Shown: piece by piece, positions 39,712 to 49,686 of the stretch | Position numbering within the stretch: position 1 is the first letter of the stretch | Layout of the letters: each line of letters begins with the position of its first letter | Position numbers and translations under genes: made by a program | Assembly: GCA_044440125.1 (NCBI GenBank) | Contig: JBITAJ010000015.1 | Location: forward strand, 1-64,000 | Reading direction: 5' to 3' | Source: Sedimentisphaeraceae bacterium JB056 | GTDB taxonomy: Bacteria > Planctomycetota > Phycisphaerae > Sedimentisphaerales > Sedimentisphaeraceae | Length of the DNA: 64,000 nucleotides | The notes under the pieces: generated by a model | The model's input: the letters and a program-made list of their open reading frames with translations, nothing else | Database searches by the model: none | Told to the model about the DNA's origin: nothing

Positions 39712-39810
39712 AGCTGTCAGCAATTAGCGATTAGCAATCAGCTAAAAGCTGTTAACCCGCGACTTCAGCGGTAAATTGAAAGTTTGAAAAGTTAGAAGAG
39801 TTGGAAAGTG
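39712..39810 (+). repeat. 7-nt-periodic AG arm followed by a 9-nt-periodic arm
   Basis: AGCTGTC AGCAATT AGCGATT AGCAATC AGCTAAA AGCTGTT; then GAAAGTTTG AAAAGTTAG AAGAGTTGG. Confidence 0.75.
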
Positions 39811-40158
39811 CTGTAATATACCTATAGCCTTTAGTTTGCACTTAATATTTACGCTTAAATCAAATAAATTTATTGAAATAAAAGGTAGGGAAGTTAAAAT
39901 CAGATCAAGCGTTGTGTGTAATTGATTGTTATTTGTTTTTAAGCTCAAATGCGAGCAGTTGGAATGTTAAATCACTAACACGTATATGCCTCTGGAGAAG
40001 AGGCAAAGCGTAAGCATTAAATGGTCTTATGTTATCTCAACCGATGATATCTCTACAATAGAAGGCCTTCCTCCTATTCCGGGTATCATTATAAGTGAAG
40101 TTGACGGCATACAGAGTTAAGTGTTAGTGATAAATAACGGAAAAGGAGATTGCAGGAA

Positions 40159-41397
40159 ATGAAGAATGTTGGCAAGTTTGTTGTTTTAGGCGTTTTCTTT
40201 TTCTTTATGTGGTCGTGGGTTTTTGGGGATGACGATGTTCAGAATGATAGGGAGGCTGAGCGTCAGCGGCGGATCACGGCGGCTAAGATGCGTAGATTGG
40301 CTAAGAAATGGGCACTGGCAAAAGCTGAGGGGGATATTGACAGTTTTGACAAGATAATCGGCCCGCCGCGAGCGTCTTACCGGATATCGATGGATTACCA
40401 GGGTGAGCATAACGATCTGGTCGTCTATTTCTATGACGAGCTACCTGAATCAATGAAGGACTGGCCGCAATATCTTAACGAGCCGCTGCGGGGTATGGTA
40501 GTATTCACCGCTGCCGATAAGGAAAGGCTCATTAGGGAAGCTATCGAGCAGCGCGATGAAACGGTGGCGAGGTTAGTCGGGACAGGTAAATTCAGGCTTA
40601 AAGATACCTCCGATGGGTTGAGATGGATGGAAACGATTAACGGAGTTGGTGTGTTCAGGCAAGGCGTAGAAAAAAATGCCAACGGTCTATATGATATTTA
40701 TCTGCTTGATGATCAAGGCTGCATTTGCACTAAAACCAATAAAGAATATCTCAAGACTGCTACTGGCAAGCGTGTTGTAGAGCATACGCAGAAGGTAAGA
40801 CATCCGGCAGAGTTAAAGATAAATATGGCTTACAAGAGCTGCGAGAAGAAGATCGAACGCATTAAATCCGGCAGAGAGTCGGCAGAGCTGAGATTTACAA
40901 AATACAATGAACCCGACTGGAACACATGCAGGCTCCTTGATTACCGGCCGTTGAGACTCGAACGCAAAGATGAATATGCCACCATAGGGCTTTGGTGGAA
41001 ATTAGAAAAAGGTTTTTCGGAAAGGAAGGTTAGGGATGTTCTTGGCGAACCTGCGTTCGAGCAGATAAATTCGGAGTTCAGCTTATATTTTTATTGCGAT
41101 AAAAAGGATATTGACCTGAGCGATGCCCCGAAATTACCTAAATATACGGGGATGCTCTTTTTTGAAAGGGACGCCGAGCAAGAGCTTGTTTTATTTGGTT
41201 GGATAGAGCCGGACTGGTGCCGCATTTATGCTGAAGAGTTTGAAGAGGCCGCAGATGATTCAGAGCCTGAATTTATCAAACCCGAAAGCATTAAACCGGA
41301 GGATTTTATGAAATCAAACGAGCCGCAGCCGACCATCGCTTGGGTACGTTCAGGACAGGATGCTACTCTAACCACAGGATGGACTGGTATTCACTGA
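40159..41397 (+). CDS. Hypothetical exported or membrane-anchored protein
   Basis: Long ORF; AGGAG RBS; N-terminal hydrophobic segment; no recognised family. Confidence 0.6.
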   Translation: MKNVGKFVVLGVFFFFMWSWVFGDDDVQNDREAERQRRITAAKMRRLAKKWALAKAEGDIDSFDKIIGPPRASYRISMDYQGEHNDLVVYFYDELPESMKDWPQYLNEPLRGMVVFTAADKERLIREAIEQRDETVARLVGTGKFRLKDTSDGLRWMETINGVGVFRQGVEKNANGLYDIYLLDDQGCICTKTNKEYLKTATGKRVVEHTQKVRHPAELKINMAYKSCEKKIERIKSGRESAELRFTKYNEPDWNTCRLLDYRPLRLERKDEYATIGLWWKLEKGFSERKVRDVLGEPAFEQINSEFSLYFYCDKKDIDLSDAPKLPKYTGMLFFERDAEQELVLFGWIEPDWCRIYAEEFEEAADDSEPEFIKPESIKPEDFMKSNEPQPTIAWVRSGQDATLTTGWTGIH

Positions 41398-41425
41398 ATT
41401 TGAAATTTCAGTTGTCAGGAAATGA

Positions 41426-41461
41426 AAAAGGGCGGCAGTTTTTATTTGCTGTCGCCCTTTT
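41426..41461. terminator. Bidirectional intrinsic terminator
   Basis: AAAAGGGCGGCAG / CTGTCGCCCTTTT between convergent genes. Confidence 0.8.
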
Positions 41462-41483
41462 GGTTTTGAATTCTTATGTGTTG

Positions 41484-42791
41484 TCAGTCTATATATTTTT
41501 TGACTATGACAACATCATTTTGTCCACCGAAACCGAATGATTCGCTCATTGCGATATTTACTTCGGCCTTTCTCGGCTCGTTTGGTACGTAGTCGAGATC
41601 GAGTTCCGGGTCGGGGTCTTGATAGTTTGCCGTTGGCGGCAGTATATCATTCTCGATTGCCTTGACGCATGTTATAAGCTCGGCCGCTCCGGCTGAACCG
41701 ATGAGGTGGCCAAGCATACTCTTTACACTGCTGACTGCTACATCCTTGGCCTTATCGCCAAACACTGTCTTTATAGCCAGAGTTTCAATCGAGTCGTTTT
41801 CTTTTGTACTTGTTCCGTGGGCATTGATATAGTCGACATCTTCTGTAGTGATGCCGGCGTCCTTTAGTGCCGCTGTAATTGCCGCACATCCGCCGCGAGC
41901 CTCATCATGCATATCTGTAACGCGGAAGGCATCACTGCTGCTGCCGTAACCGATTACCTCTGCGAGAATCTTAGCACCGCGTTTGGTCGCCGATTCGAGC
42001 GATTCAAGTATCATGACCGCTGAGCCTTCGCCGATAACAAAACCATCACGTGAGCCGCTGAACGGTCTTGATGCGTGATGTATGTCATCGTTTCTCGTTG
42101 AAAGGGCGGTGAGACGGTTGAATCCCGTGATTCCCAGTGGATGAATCATTGAGTGAGAACCGCCGGCAATCATGATATCACTTCTGCCCTGACGGATCAT
42201 CATTGTCGCTTCGCCGATTGCCTGAGTACTTGCGGCACAAGCTGTAAGACAGCTTCTTACCGGACCTCTGGCTCCTGTGAGCATTGCGATATGTCCGGCG
42301 GGCATATTAGGTTCCTGCTCAATTTCACCAATGGCTTCCATTGATTCCATAGTTGCCTTGGCCCATTTTGCCCAGTCAACAGTGGAAGATTCCTTATCAT
42401 AGCTTTCTACTATCGCGTTGAAAAAGGTATTATGGTCTGTTGGGCCTTCGCCGCTTCCCATGTATATACCGATTTTCTTTCTGTCGATATTGTCTGCAGG
42501 GGCATCTGTTTCAATGTCAATCCCAGCCTGACGACATGCCTGAGCCGCAGCCGCTATCGCGAACCCTGTAGCTCTCAAGCCGTGTTTATGCTTTTCGGCA
42601 GTGCTTATATGTTCGGAAAGTTCAAAGTTCTTTACTTCCGCACAGAACTTCGTCGGAAATGTAGACGCATCGAAAACACTTATTTCATTGAATCCGTCTT
42701 TGCCGGTAAGTATGCCTTCCCAGACGGTATCAACGCTGCAACCCATCGGGCTTACGAGCCCCATACCTGTAATAACTACTCTATTCTGCAT
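41484..42791 (-). CDS. Beta-ketoacyl-ACP synthase (FabF-like, catalytic Cys-His-His intact)
   Basis: TACAAS, NAHGTST, KSMLGH, SFGFGGQN. Confidence 0.92.
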   Translation of the reverse strand: MQNRVVITGMGLVSPMGCSVDTVWEGILTGKDGFNEISVFDASTFPTKFCAEVKNFELSEHISTAEKHKHGLRATGFAIAAAAQACRQAGIDIETDAPADNIDRKKIGIYMGSGEGPTDHNTFFNAIVESYDKESSTVDWAKWAKATMESMEAIGEIEQEPNMPAGHIAMLTGARGPVRSCLTACAASTQAIGEATMMIRQGRSDIMIAGGSHSMIHPLGITGFNRLTALSTRNDDIHHASRPFSGSRDGFVIGEGSAVMILESLESATKRGAKILAEVIGYGSSSDAFRVTDMHDEARGGCAAITAALKDAGITTEDVDYINAHGTSTKENDSIETLAIKTVFGDKAKDVAVSSVKSMLGHLIGSAGAAELITCVKAIENDILPPTANYQDPDPELDLDYVPNEPRKAEVNIAMSESFGFGGQNDVVIVKKYID

Positions 42792-42792
42792 A

Positions 42793-44106
42793 TCAGTTGC
42801 CCTCCTTTTCGAGTATTATCGCTACACACTGACCGCCTGCGGTATAGCTGCAGCAAAGGGCATATTTGATCTCTTTGGTTACTGCTTTTTTCACAATATT
42901 CAGCTTGCAGCCTTCAAATTCCTGTTCGCAATTCTTTGCTGCCGGAATAAATCCTTCTTCCATAGCTTTTGATGCAATCACAAGATCGATAGATGCGGAG
43001 GCGGTACCTGTATGACCGATCATACTTTTTGTAGGCAGTACCGGGATATTGCTTACCGCATCTCCAAGAGCCGCGGTTATGGCTGCTGCCTCAGCCTTGT
43101 CGTCTTGTGCAATAGCAGTTCCATGAGGAATTATCAAATCAATCTGTTCGGCGGTTATACCGGCTTCTTCCATAGCCTTGGTGATAGCTATTTCCAAACC
43201 TTTGCCGTCAGCTTCAAGGTGAACGATGTCATCAGAGATGCTTATGCTTTCGCCCATACCTGCTATTTTTGCGTATATTTTTGCGTTTCTGCTTTTTGCC
43301 GCGTTTAATTCTTCGAGTACCAGCATGCCTGCGCCTTCGCTGAATATTGCACCTGAGGCATCATTTGCGAATGGGCGTGATGCGGCTTGCGGCATATCAT
43401 TTCCTTTAGTCGAAGCACGGCCGCTGAGTATTTGACGCATAAGAGCAATCGGTTCGACCTTACCCTCGCCGCTTCCTGCAAGTGCAGTATCGGCTGCATC
43501 TCTTTTGATTGTAAGGGCAGCTTCTATTACCGACATTGCTCCGGCACATTCACCGGTTGTGATGTTGTTGCCAGGGCCTTGTATGTCGTGTATGATACCG
43601 ATATGACAGGCAAGCATATTAGGCAGGTATTTCAGCAGCCAGAGGGGGGTAACCAGGCCCATGCCGTCAGTTCCCCATTTCTTCATGTCGAATTTGCCGT
43701 CTTCAATGCTGGCCGAAACAGCCGGAGCCATCTCTTCAATGTCGCATGTTACCAGACCGGCACCTATGTTTATTGTTGTGCGTTCAGGAACGAGCTTAGG
43801 CTCTGCTTCAACGTGCTTTGTGCCAAGGCCGCTGTTTCTGACTGCATCATCAGCCGCCATTACCGCCAGCTCTATATCACGACTCATTAATTTTGCCGCT
43901 TTGCGGTGGTGTTTGGGCAGGTAGGTTCTGATTTTGTATTCCGGAGCCTGACCGGCTATTTTGCATGGGAATTCCACCGGATCAAAGGCGGTTATTTCCG
44001 AAAGCCCGCATTTGCCCTCTTTGAGGCCTTCCCACATATCGGATGCCGTCAAGCCAAGCGGGCTTACCGCACCAATACCTGTTATTGCAACTTTACGTTG
44101 TTCCAT
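42793..44106 (-). CDS. Ketosynthase-like partner (chain-length-factor-like; catalytic Cys replaced by Glu)
   Basis: KS fold (AITGIGAVSPLG, PHGTA, KSMIGH), with TGECAG aligning to TACAAS. Confidence 0.8.
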   Translation of the reverse strand: MEQRKVAITGIGAVSPLGLTASDMWEGLKEGKCGLSEITAFDPVEFPCKIAGQAPEYKIRTYLPKHHRKAAKLMSRDIELAVMAADDAVRNSGLGTKHVEAEPKLVPERTTINIGAGLVTCDIEEMAPAVSASIEDGKFDMKKWGTDGMGLVTPLWLLKYLPNMLACHIGIIHDIQGPGNNITTGECAGAMSVIEAALTIKRDAADTALAGSGEGKVEPIALMRQILSGRASTKGNDMPQAASRPFANDASGAIFSEGAGMLVLEELNAAKSRNAKIYAKIAGMGESISISDDIVHLEADGKGLEIAITKAMEEAGITAEQIDLIIPHGTAIAQDDKAEAAAITAALGDAVSNIPVLPTKSMIGHTGTASASIDLVIASKAMEEGFIPAAKNCEQEFEGCKLNIVKKAVTKEIKYALCCSYTAGGQCVAIILEKEGN

Positions 44107-44134
44107 CGGATCAATTTTCTCCGTTTTATTCTTA

Positions 44135-44617
44135 CTAATCTTTGTTCTTCTGGCTTGCAGCGTAATCTCTGAGAAGCCATTCAAACATTTCTGTGAATAC
44201 GAAGTTCTCTTCGGGGAACTGCTTGCCCGAGATGTTGTTGTCAAGATGGCTGAACATTAGGTTTATTTCCGCGATCAACTTGTCGCCGCAGTAAACCTTT
44301 CCTGATGTGCTGGCTGCTTCAGGTGCGATAGAGAGCATTTCAGCGTGGTGTTCTATTGTCTGGCCGGGACGCACATAATGATAAAACTGCGCCTTGTTGA
44401 CTTTTGCAAGTATCACCTTTTCCTTGAACCCGCGATGTTCGCCAACGAGTATTCCTGCAGTTTGTGCCATTCCCTCTATCATCAGGCATTCCGGCATTAC
44501 CGGAAACCCATAGAAATGATCGTGCAGATGTTCTTCCGCAAGAGATACATTCTTTATCGCCACAGCGTTCTTGCCACTGTTAAACTCTTTGAATTTGTCT
44601 ATCCATATCCATCGCAT
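44135..44617 (-). CDS. FabZ/FabA-like 3-hydroxyacyl-ACP dehydratase
   Basis: MRWIWID, KNVSLAE, DHF.GFPVMP..LMIEGMAQ. Confidence 0.88.
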   Translation of the reverse strand: MRWIWIDKFKEFNSGKNAVAIKNVSLAEEHLHDHFYGFPVMPECLMIEGMAQTAGILVGEHRGFKEKVILAKVNKAQFYHYVRPGQTIEHHAEMLSIAPEAASTSGKVYCGDKLIAEINLMFSHLDNNISGKQFPEENFVFTEMFEWLLRDYAASQKNKD

Positions 44618-44777
44618 GGTTATCTTGAAACCCTCAAATTTTAATATCGCGGTGATTGCTTTTGTAAATTTACGGGCGGTTTTAGGAGGCAATTCTTTTG
44701 CCTCGCACTCTCCAAACCTGGGTTTCAGGCCTGATTTTTCCGCCTAAAGACCGTTAATAACGGCTTTCCTATAAATG

Positions 44778-44815
44778 ACATCAGAAACTCTATCGTACGA
44801 CAGAGTTTCTGATGT
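44778..44815. other. 14-bp hairpin between acp and fabZ (mRNA stabiliser or partial terminator)
   Basis: ACATCAGAAACTCT / AGAGTTTCTGATGT. Confidence 0.65.
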
Positions 44816-44845
44816 AACTATTACCATATAAGACAGACTGTAGAA

Positions 44846-45238
44846 TTAGCCGTTCACTTTACCTTCGATGAAGTTCACAATCGAATCAACAGTAAAGAGG
44901 TCTGGAAGCTTGTTAACGTCTGGATCAGCCTCGAAATCTGAAAAATCAGTATGAGGCATCTTAGATTTGAGCTCAGCAAGACCTGCTTCAGTTACCTTTC
45001 CATCAGCTACGAATTCGCTATTATTCATAACTGCTTCTGCAGGGAAAAGTTCTTCTCTTGGAATCTTGATATCGAACGCTTTTTCGAGGTTGAAAGTAAT
45101 ATCGAGGAAGTCGATACTTTCAGCTCCAAGATCACCCATAAGAGTTGCATCTGATGTTACTTCGTCATCATCAAGCCCAAGAGCGTCAACGAGTACTTCC
45201 TGTACTTTCTCGAAAATGTCATCACGACTCATTGCCAT
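44846..45238 (-). CDS. Extended acyl carrier protein (130 aa)
   Basis: DLGAESIDFLDI phosphopantetheinylation motif; ~45-aa insertion after IKIPR. Confidence 0.9.
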   Translation of the reverse strand: MAMSRDDIFEKVQEVLVDALGLDDDEVTSDATLMGDLGAESIDFLDITFNLEKAFDIKIPREELFPAEAVMNNSEFVADGKVTEAGLAELKSKMPHTDFSDFEADPDVNKLPDLFTVDSIVNFIEGKVNG

Positions 45239-45280
45239 ACATATATCTCCAAAAATGAATTATCAAAATCTTCTAATTAT

Positions 45281-45748
45281 CTACTGTGTCAGCAGTTTCC
45301 ATCTGTGCTTTATATTACCAAGAACTTCCTGGTCGGCACTGGCAAGCTCCGCGTTGTCGTCTGCGAGGTTGAAGTGTCTGAGCGTTATCTTCGCTTCCAC
45401 TATAGCCTCGTCTCCGCAAACGCCGGTAGCCTTGAAGCTACTGCTGTTTTCATCTATTTTCTTCGCGACAACGTGGTATTTAATCTGCATACCCGGAGCC
45501 GCAAAGCTTTTATATTTAACGTTTCTGGCCGATTCAAGAAGCACCATGGAATTAGAGAAATCCTGTGATGCGCGGACAAGCCATGACGCACTTTCTATCA
45601 TACCCTGAAGCAGAAATACACCAGGCAATACCGGAAAAGCCGGAAAATGGTCGCCCAGATACTCTTCTGCCAGCGATACGCTTTTTACCGCAGTAAGTTC
45701 TTTGCCTTCCTGCAGATCTGTTATTTTATCAATTAATGCAAACTTCAT
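45281..45748 (-). CDS. Second FabZ-like hot-dog protein (catalytic Glu replaced by Gln)
   Basis: KSVSLAEEYL.DHFPAFPVLPGVFLLQGM. Confidence 0.82.
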   Translation of the reverse strand: MKFALIDKITDLQEGKELTAVKSVSLAEEYLGDHFPAFPVLPGVFLLQGMIESASWLVRASQDFSNSMVLLESARNVKYKSFAAPGMQIKYHVVAKKIDENSSSFKATGVCGDEAIVEAKITLRHFNLADDNAELASADQEVLGNIKHRWKLLTQ

Positions 45749-46017
45749 AGACTGCGTAATTGTAAATATTCGGTCAATATTTTCCAGTTTTTTTTTCTTA
45801 TTTTTAATCTGATAATACAGTCGTTATTAATGTTTTGCGGTTTTTAGAGCGTAAGTTGTTCTTGGTTAATGACTTAGGTCTTTATGTGGCTTTGAGGCAA
45901 GTTGCGTTTATAATTTGTGTGAAGTATTTTGTATCTTTATAATTGACCCTTAACGGCAAAAATGGATAATTCGGGGTGGTAATAACAATATGTTTTTGAA
46001 TTTTAATGGTGTTATTT

Positions 46018-47127
46018 ATGAAAAAGATCAAATTAGGAATCATTGGTGCCGGCGTAATAAGCAACGTGCATTTCAAGAATGCTTCTGAGCTTGAAAATGT
46101 TGAGGTATCCGCTGTTTGTGATATTAATTCTGACCGTGCGGAAAAGGCCGCTTCGGAATATGGAGCGAAGGCATTCACTGATTATAAAGATATGTTTGCC
46201 AGCGGTGTTTGTGATTCCGTTCTGATTGCAACACCTCATTATCAGCATACGGAGGTTGGGATCGCTGCACTTGAAGCGGGATTACATGTTCTGGTTGAAA
46301 AACCGATATCGGTTCATAAGGCCGACTGCGAACGATTGATAAATGCCCATAAAGATAAATCGCTTGTTTTTGCCGCTATGTTCAATCAGCGGACAGACCC
46401 CAAATATAAAAAGATCAAGAGTATAATCGAATCCGGACAGCTTGGTGAGATGGTCAGGGTTAACTGGATCGTTACCGATTGGTTCAGGACTCATGCTTAT
46501 TATGGGTCGGGAAGCTGGAGGGCGACGTGGCATGGTGAGGGCGGCGGAGTGCTGCTGAATCAATGCCCGCATCAGCTCGATCTGCTGCAATGGCTTACCG
46601 GTATGCCTTCGAAAGTATGTGCATTTTGCCGGTTTGGAGCTAAGCATGATATTGAGGTTGAGGATGAGGTTACGGCTTATCTTGAGTATGCAAACGGGGC
46701 AAGCGGTGTCTTTATAACATCAACTGGTGAGGCTCCGGGAACCAACAGGCTTGAGATTTGCGGTGAGATGGGGAAAATCGTAGTTGAGAATGACAGCGTT
46801 AGATTCTATCGCAACGAGGTGGGTTCACTTGAGTTCAGCCGCAGCACTTCCGAGGGATTTGCCAAGCCTGAGATATGGGATATCAATATCCCCGTTTTGG
46901 GCAGCGGGGGCCAGCATCGTGAGATACTGGAAAATTTTGCAGAGGCAATCCTTGATGGTAAACCGCTCATTGCTCCGGCAGAGGAGGGTTTGCATTCGGT
47001 GGAACTTGCTAATGCGATGTTGTACTCTTCACTCAAGGGCACCGTTGTTGAACTGCCCCTTGACAGTAAGGATTTTGAAAAAGAACTGGATAAACTTATC
47101 AAACAGTCAAAGTTTTATAAAGGTTAA
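46018..47127 (+). CDS. Gfo/Idh/MocA oxidoreductase
   Basis: GIIGAG, ATPHYQH, VEKP, GGGVLLNQCPHQLD. Confidence 0.92.
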   Translation: MKKIKLGIIGAGVISNVHFKNASELENVEVSAVCDINSDRAEKAASEYGAKAFTDYKDMFASGVCDSVLIATPHYQHTEVGIAALEAGLHVLVEKPISVHKADCERLINAHKDKSLVFAAMFNQRTDPKYKKIKSIIESGQLGEMVRVNWIVTDWFRTHAYYGSGSWRATWHGEGGGVLLNQCPHQLDLLQWLTGMPSKVCAFCRFGAKHDIEVEDEVTAYLEYANGASGVFITSTGEAPGTNRLEICGEMGKIVVENDSVRFYRNEVGSLEFSRSTSEGFAKPEIWDINIPVLGSGGQHREILENFAEAILDGKPLIAPAEEGLHSVELANAMLYSSLKGTVVELPLDSKDFEKELDKLIKQSKFYKG

Positions 47128-47139
47128 TAGGAGAATATT

Positions 47140-47910
47140 ATGAAGATCAGTCAGCTTGGAGCTCAGCTTTTTACATTACGCGATTATCTTAAAACCCCTT
47201 CGCAGGTTGCCGATACATTGAAGAAGGTTCGCCAGATAGGTTATGAGGCTGTGCAGGTTTCTGGAATGTGTCAGATCGATGAGGCAGAGCTTTGCCGCAT
47301 GCTTGATGGAGAAGGGCTTGTCTGTGCGGCGACTCATGAACCAGCCGATATGATACTTGACCAGCCGGAAAAGGTGGCAGAACGGCTTGATAAGCTCGGG
47401 TGTAAGTATACGGCCTATCCATTCCCTGCCGGAATTGAATTCAAGACTAAAGAGGATGTTCTTGGACTGGCATCAAAGCTTGATGCGGCCGGCAAGGTGC
47501 TTTATGATGCGGGCAAAGTGCTTACATATCACAATCACAGTATTGAATTTCAGAGAATCGAAGATCATTTGATATTGGATATGATATATGACAATACGAA
47601 TATGAAGTATCTGCAGGGCGAGATAGATACTTACTGGGTGCAGCATGGCGGTGGTAACCCGATTATCTGGTGCGAGAAGCTCTGTGAGCGTCTGCCGCTG
47701 CTTCATATGAAGGATTACACCATAACTGAGCGAGATAAGCCGACTTATGTAGAGGTTGGTAGCGGTAATCTTGACTGGAAGCTTATTGTTGATGCGGCTG
47801 ATACTGCCGGATGCGAGTGGTATTTGGTGGAACAGGATGAATGCAGCGGGTGTCCGTTCGATGCTCTCAAAAAGAGCTTCGATTATATTAAGGCTAATTT
47901 GGTTGATTAA
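47140..47910 (+). CDS. Sugar phosphate isomerase/epimerase (TIM barrel)
   Basis: QLFTLRD, YHNHSIEF, EIDTYW, HMKD, VEQD. Confidence 0.9.
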   Translation: MKISQLGAQLFTLRDYLKTPSQVADTLKKVRQIGYEAVQVSGMCQIDEAELCRMLDGEGLVCAATHEPADMILDQPEKVAERLDKLGCKYTAYPFPAGIEFKTKEDVLGLASKLDAAGKVLYDAGKVLTYHNHSIEFQRIEDHLILDMIYDNTNMKYLQGEIDTYWVQHGGGNPIIWCEKLCERLPLLHMKDYTITERDKPTYVEVGSGNLDWKLIVDAADTAGCEWYLVEQDECSGCPFDALKKSFDYIKANLVD

Positions 47911-47989
47911 AGTTCGTAGTTCGAAGTTCGTAGCGAGTAGAAATGTGGCAATGCCATTTGAAACTTCTATATTCTAACTACTTAATACT
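47911..47989. repeat. 7-nt-periodic inverted arms (empty site) with central TGGC-AAT-GCCA hairpin
   Basis: AGTTCGT AGTTCGA AGTTCGT AGCGAGT AG ... CTATATT CTAACTA CTTAATA CT. Confidence 0.8.
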
Positions 47990-48022
47990 TGTGTTAAGAT
48001 AAGTTATTAAGGTATTGACAAT

Positions 48023-48886
48023 ATGTATTTTACAGGTTTTGCAGATGAAGCGGCTAAGGGGATTGACGGTCAGATAGCGGCAACCCTTGAACTTGGCTGG
48101 AAGTATATTGAGAGCCGTAATATTGACGGCAAAAATATACACGATATAAGTGATGAGGAATTCGATATTGTTTGCGGCAAGCTTGAAGATGCCGGGGTTG
48201 GTATCAATTGTTTTGGTTCGGCGATTGCCAACTGGGGCAAAAAGATAGATGAGCCATTCGATTCTTCGATTGCAGAGGCAAAAAGAGCGATTCCGAGGAT
48301 GCAGCGGCTTGGTGCAAAGCTTGTCAGGATAATGAGCTTTGCGGTGCTTGAAGACCGCGAACCGGACGATCAGATGGAACAGGAACGTTTTAGAAGAGTT
48401 CGTGAGCTGGTAAAGATGTTTGCTGATGCGGGTATAACCGCGGTTCATGAAAACTGCATGAACTATGGCGGAATGTCGTGGCAGCATACGTTGAAGCTGA
48501 TTGAGAATGTGCCGCGTTTGAGGCTTGTTTATGATACAGGTAATCCCGTTTTTACCCTCGACCGTTCAAAAGATAAGCCTTATCCGAGGCAGTCGAGCTG
48601 GGAATTTTATAAGAATGTTCGTGAGTTTATCAGCTATGTGCATGTGAAGGATGGCAAGTGGGATTCGGAGAATAATTCTACTATTTTTACTTATCCCGGC
48701 GAGGGGGATGGTGATGTTGTGCGCATATTGAAGGATTTATCGGCAACCGGATATGACGGCGGAATATCAATAGAGCCGCATCTTGCTGTAGTTCATCATG
48801 ATAAATCCGTGACTTCTGATGAACAAATAATGTACTCTAACTATATAGAGTATGGTAAAAGAGTAATGGAAATTATGAATAACTAA
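48023..48886 (+). CDS. Sugar phosphate isomerase/epimerase (TIM barrel)
   Basis: GFADE, HENC, YDTGN, HVKD, SIEPHL. Confidence 0.88.
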   Translation: MYFTGFADEAAKGIDGQIAATLELGWKYIESRNIDGKNIHDISDEEFDIVCGKLEDAGVGINCFGSAIANWGKKIDEPFDSSIAEAKRAIPRMQRLGAKLVRIMSFAVLEDREPDDQMEQERFRRVRELVKMFADAGITAVHENCMNYGGMSWQHTLKLIENVPRLRLVYDTGNPVFTLDRSKDKPYPRQSSWEFYKNVREFISYVHVKDGKWDSENNSTIFTYPGEGDGDVVRILKDLSATGYDGGISIEPHLAVVHHDKSVTSDEQIMYSNYIEYGKRVMEIMNN

Positions 48887-48892
48887 TTTAGA

Positions 48893-48925
48893 AGCAGTTA
48901 GCGATTAGTCATTAGCTATTAGCTT
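48893..48925 (+). repeat. 7-nt-periodic AG arm
   Basis: AGCAGTT AGCGATT AGTCATT AGCTATT AGCTT. Confidence 0.8.
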
Positions 48926-48947
48926 AAATACGGCATTATGCAGCTTG

Positions 48948-49685
48948 ATGAGTAAAGATAAAATTGTAAATTTTTTTAGAGTATTTACCCTGAGGCAGTG
49001 GGGAATTGCGTCTACTTCGATTGTTGCAGTTTGTTCGATTGCGGGCTTATTGCTGGCATATTTTGCTTATCAGTTTGGAGCTACTTGTTTTACTGATGAT
49101 AAGTATCAGCTACTTCTATCTGAAATATGGGTTGTAGTTGTTCTTTCACGCGGCTTGATTGTTTTGAGTCCTATTTTGTGCATCATCTTGGTCTTTTTTA
49201 AGACAAGAGTTGCTGCTATTAGGTTCATGTTTCTGTTGCCTGCGTTTTTTGTCGGTTTTCTTGCCTTGAATTGTATAGCCGAACCATTGCAGTTTCATTG
49301 CCTCAGAGGTTTTGTAAAGCAAGTGCCGCAGAGAGTTGATGTTGAATCAATACAGAGCTGGCTTGATAATACCGAATTAGAGCAAACAGACAGATATTTT
49401 AGCCATTATTCCAGAAATGAATTGCCTGAAGAATTCATGCCGTTAAATCCTCAATTTGTATCTGTTTACAGTGATGGGACTAAGCGTGCAGTTAGATTTT
49501 TCTATGGTAATCGAGCTACAGTAACTTCATTTGGTGTTATTATTACCGGGAAAGATACTTACGTTTCCGATGTAGCTGATGACGAAGATTTTAGATGGAA
49601 TGTTAAAGATATAAGTCAACATTGTTATATCTGGTCAGGGAAGGAACTGTCTCCGGCGTCTATTGAAGAACTGTCAGGTTTATAG
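48948..49685 (+). CDS. Hypothetical membrane protein (3 TM segments plus soluble domain)
   Basis: ORF with three hydrophobic segments; no recognised family. Confidence 0.6.
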   Translation: MSKDKIVNFFRVFTLRQWGIASTSIVAVCSIAGLLLAYFAYQFGATCFTDDKYQLLLSEIWVVVVLSRGLIVLSPILCIILVFFKTRVAAIRFMFLLPAFFVGFLALNCIAEPLQFHCLRGFVKQVPQRVDVESIQSWLDNTELEQTDRYFSHYSRNELPEEFMPLNPQFVSVYSDGTKRAVRFFYGNRATVTSFGVIITGKDTYVSDVADDEDFRWNVKDISQHCYIWSGKELSPASIEELSGL

Positions 49686-49686
49686 C

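Noticed and set aside
39986..40120. 44-codon ORF MPLEKRQSVS...
   Set aside because: It has no convincing RBS or recognisable motif; it may be a remnant but cannot be supported.
41484..45748. Ladderane or aryl polyene biosynthesis
   Set aside because: No radical-SAM, desaturase-like, aryl-loading, ketoreductase or glycosyltransferase genes are adjacent, so the product cannot be assigned.
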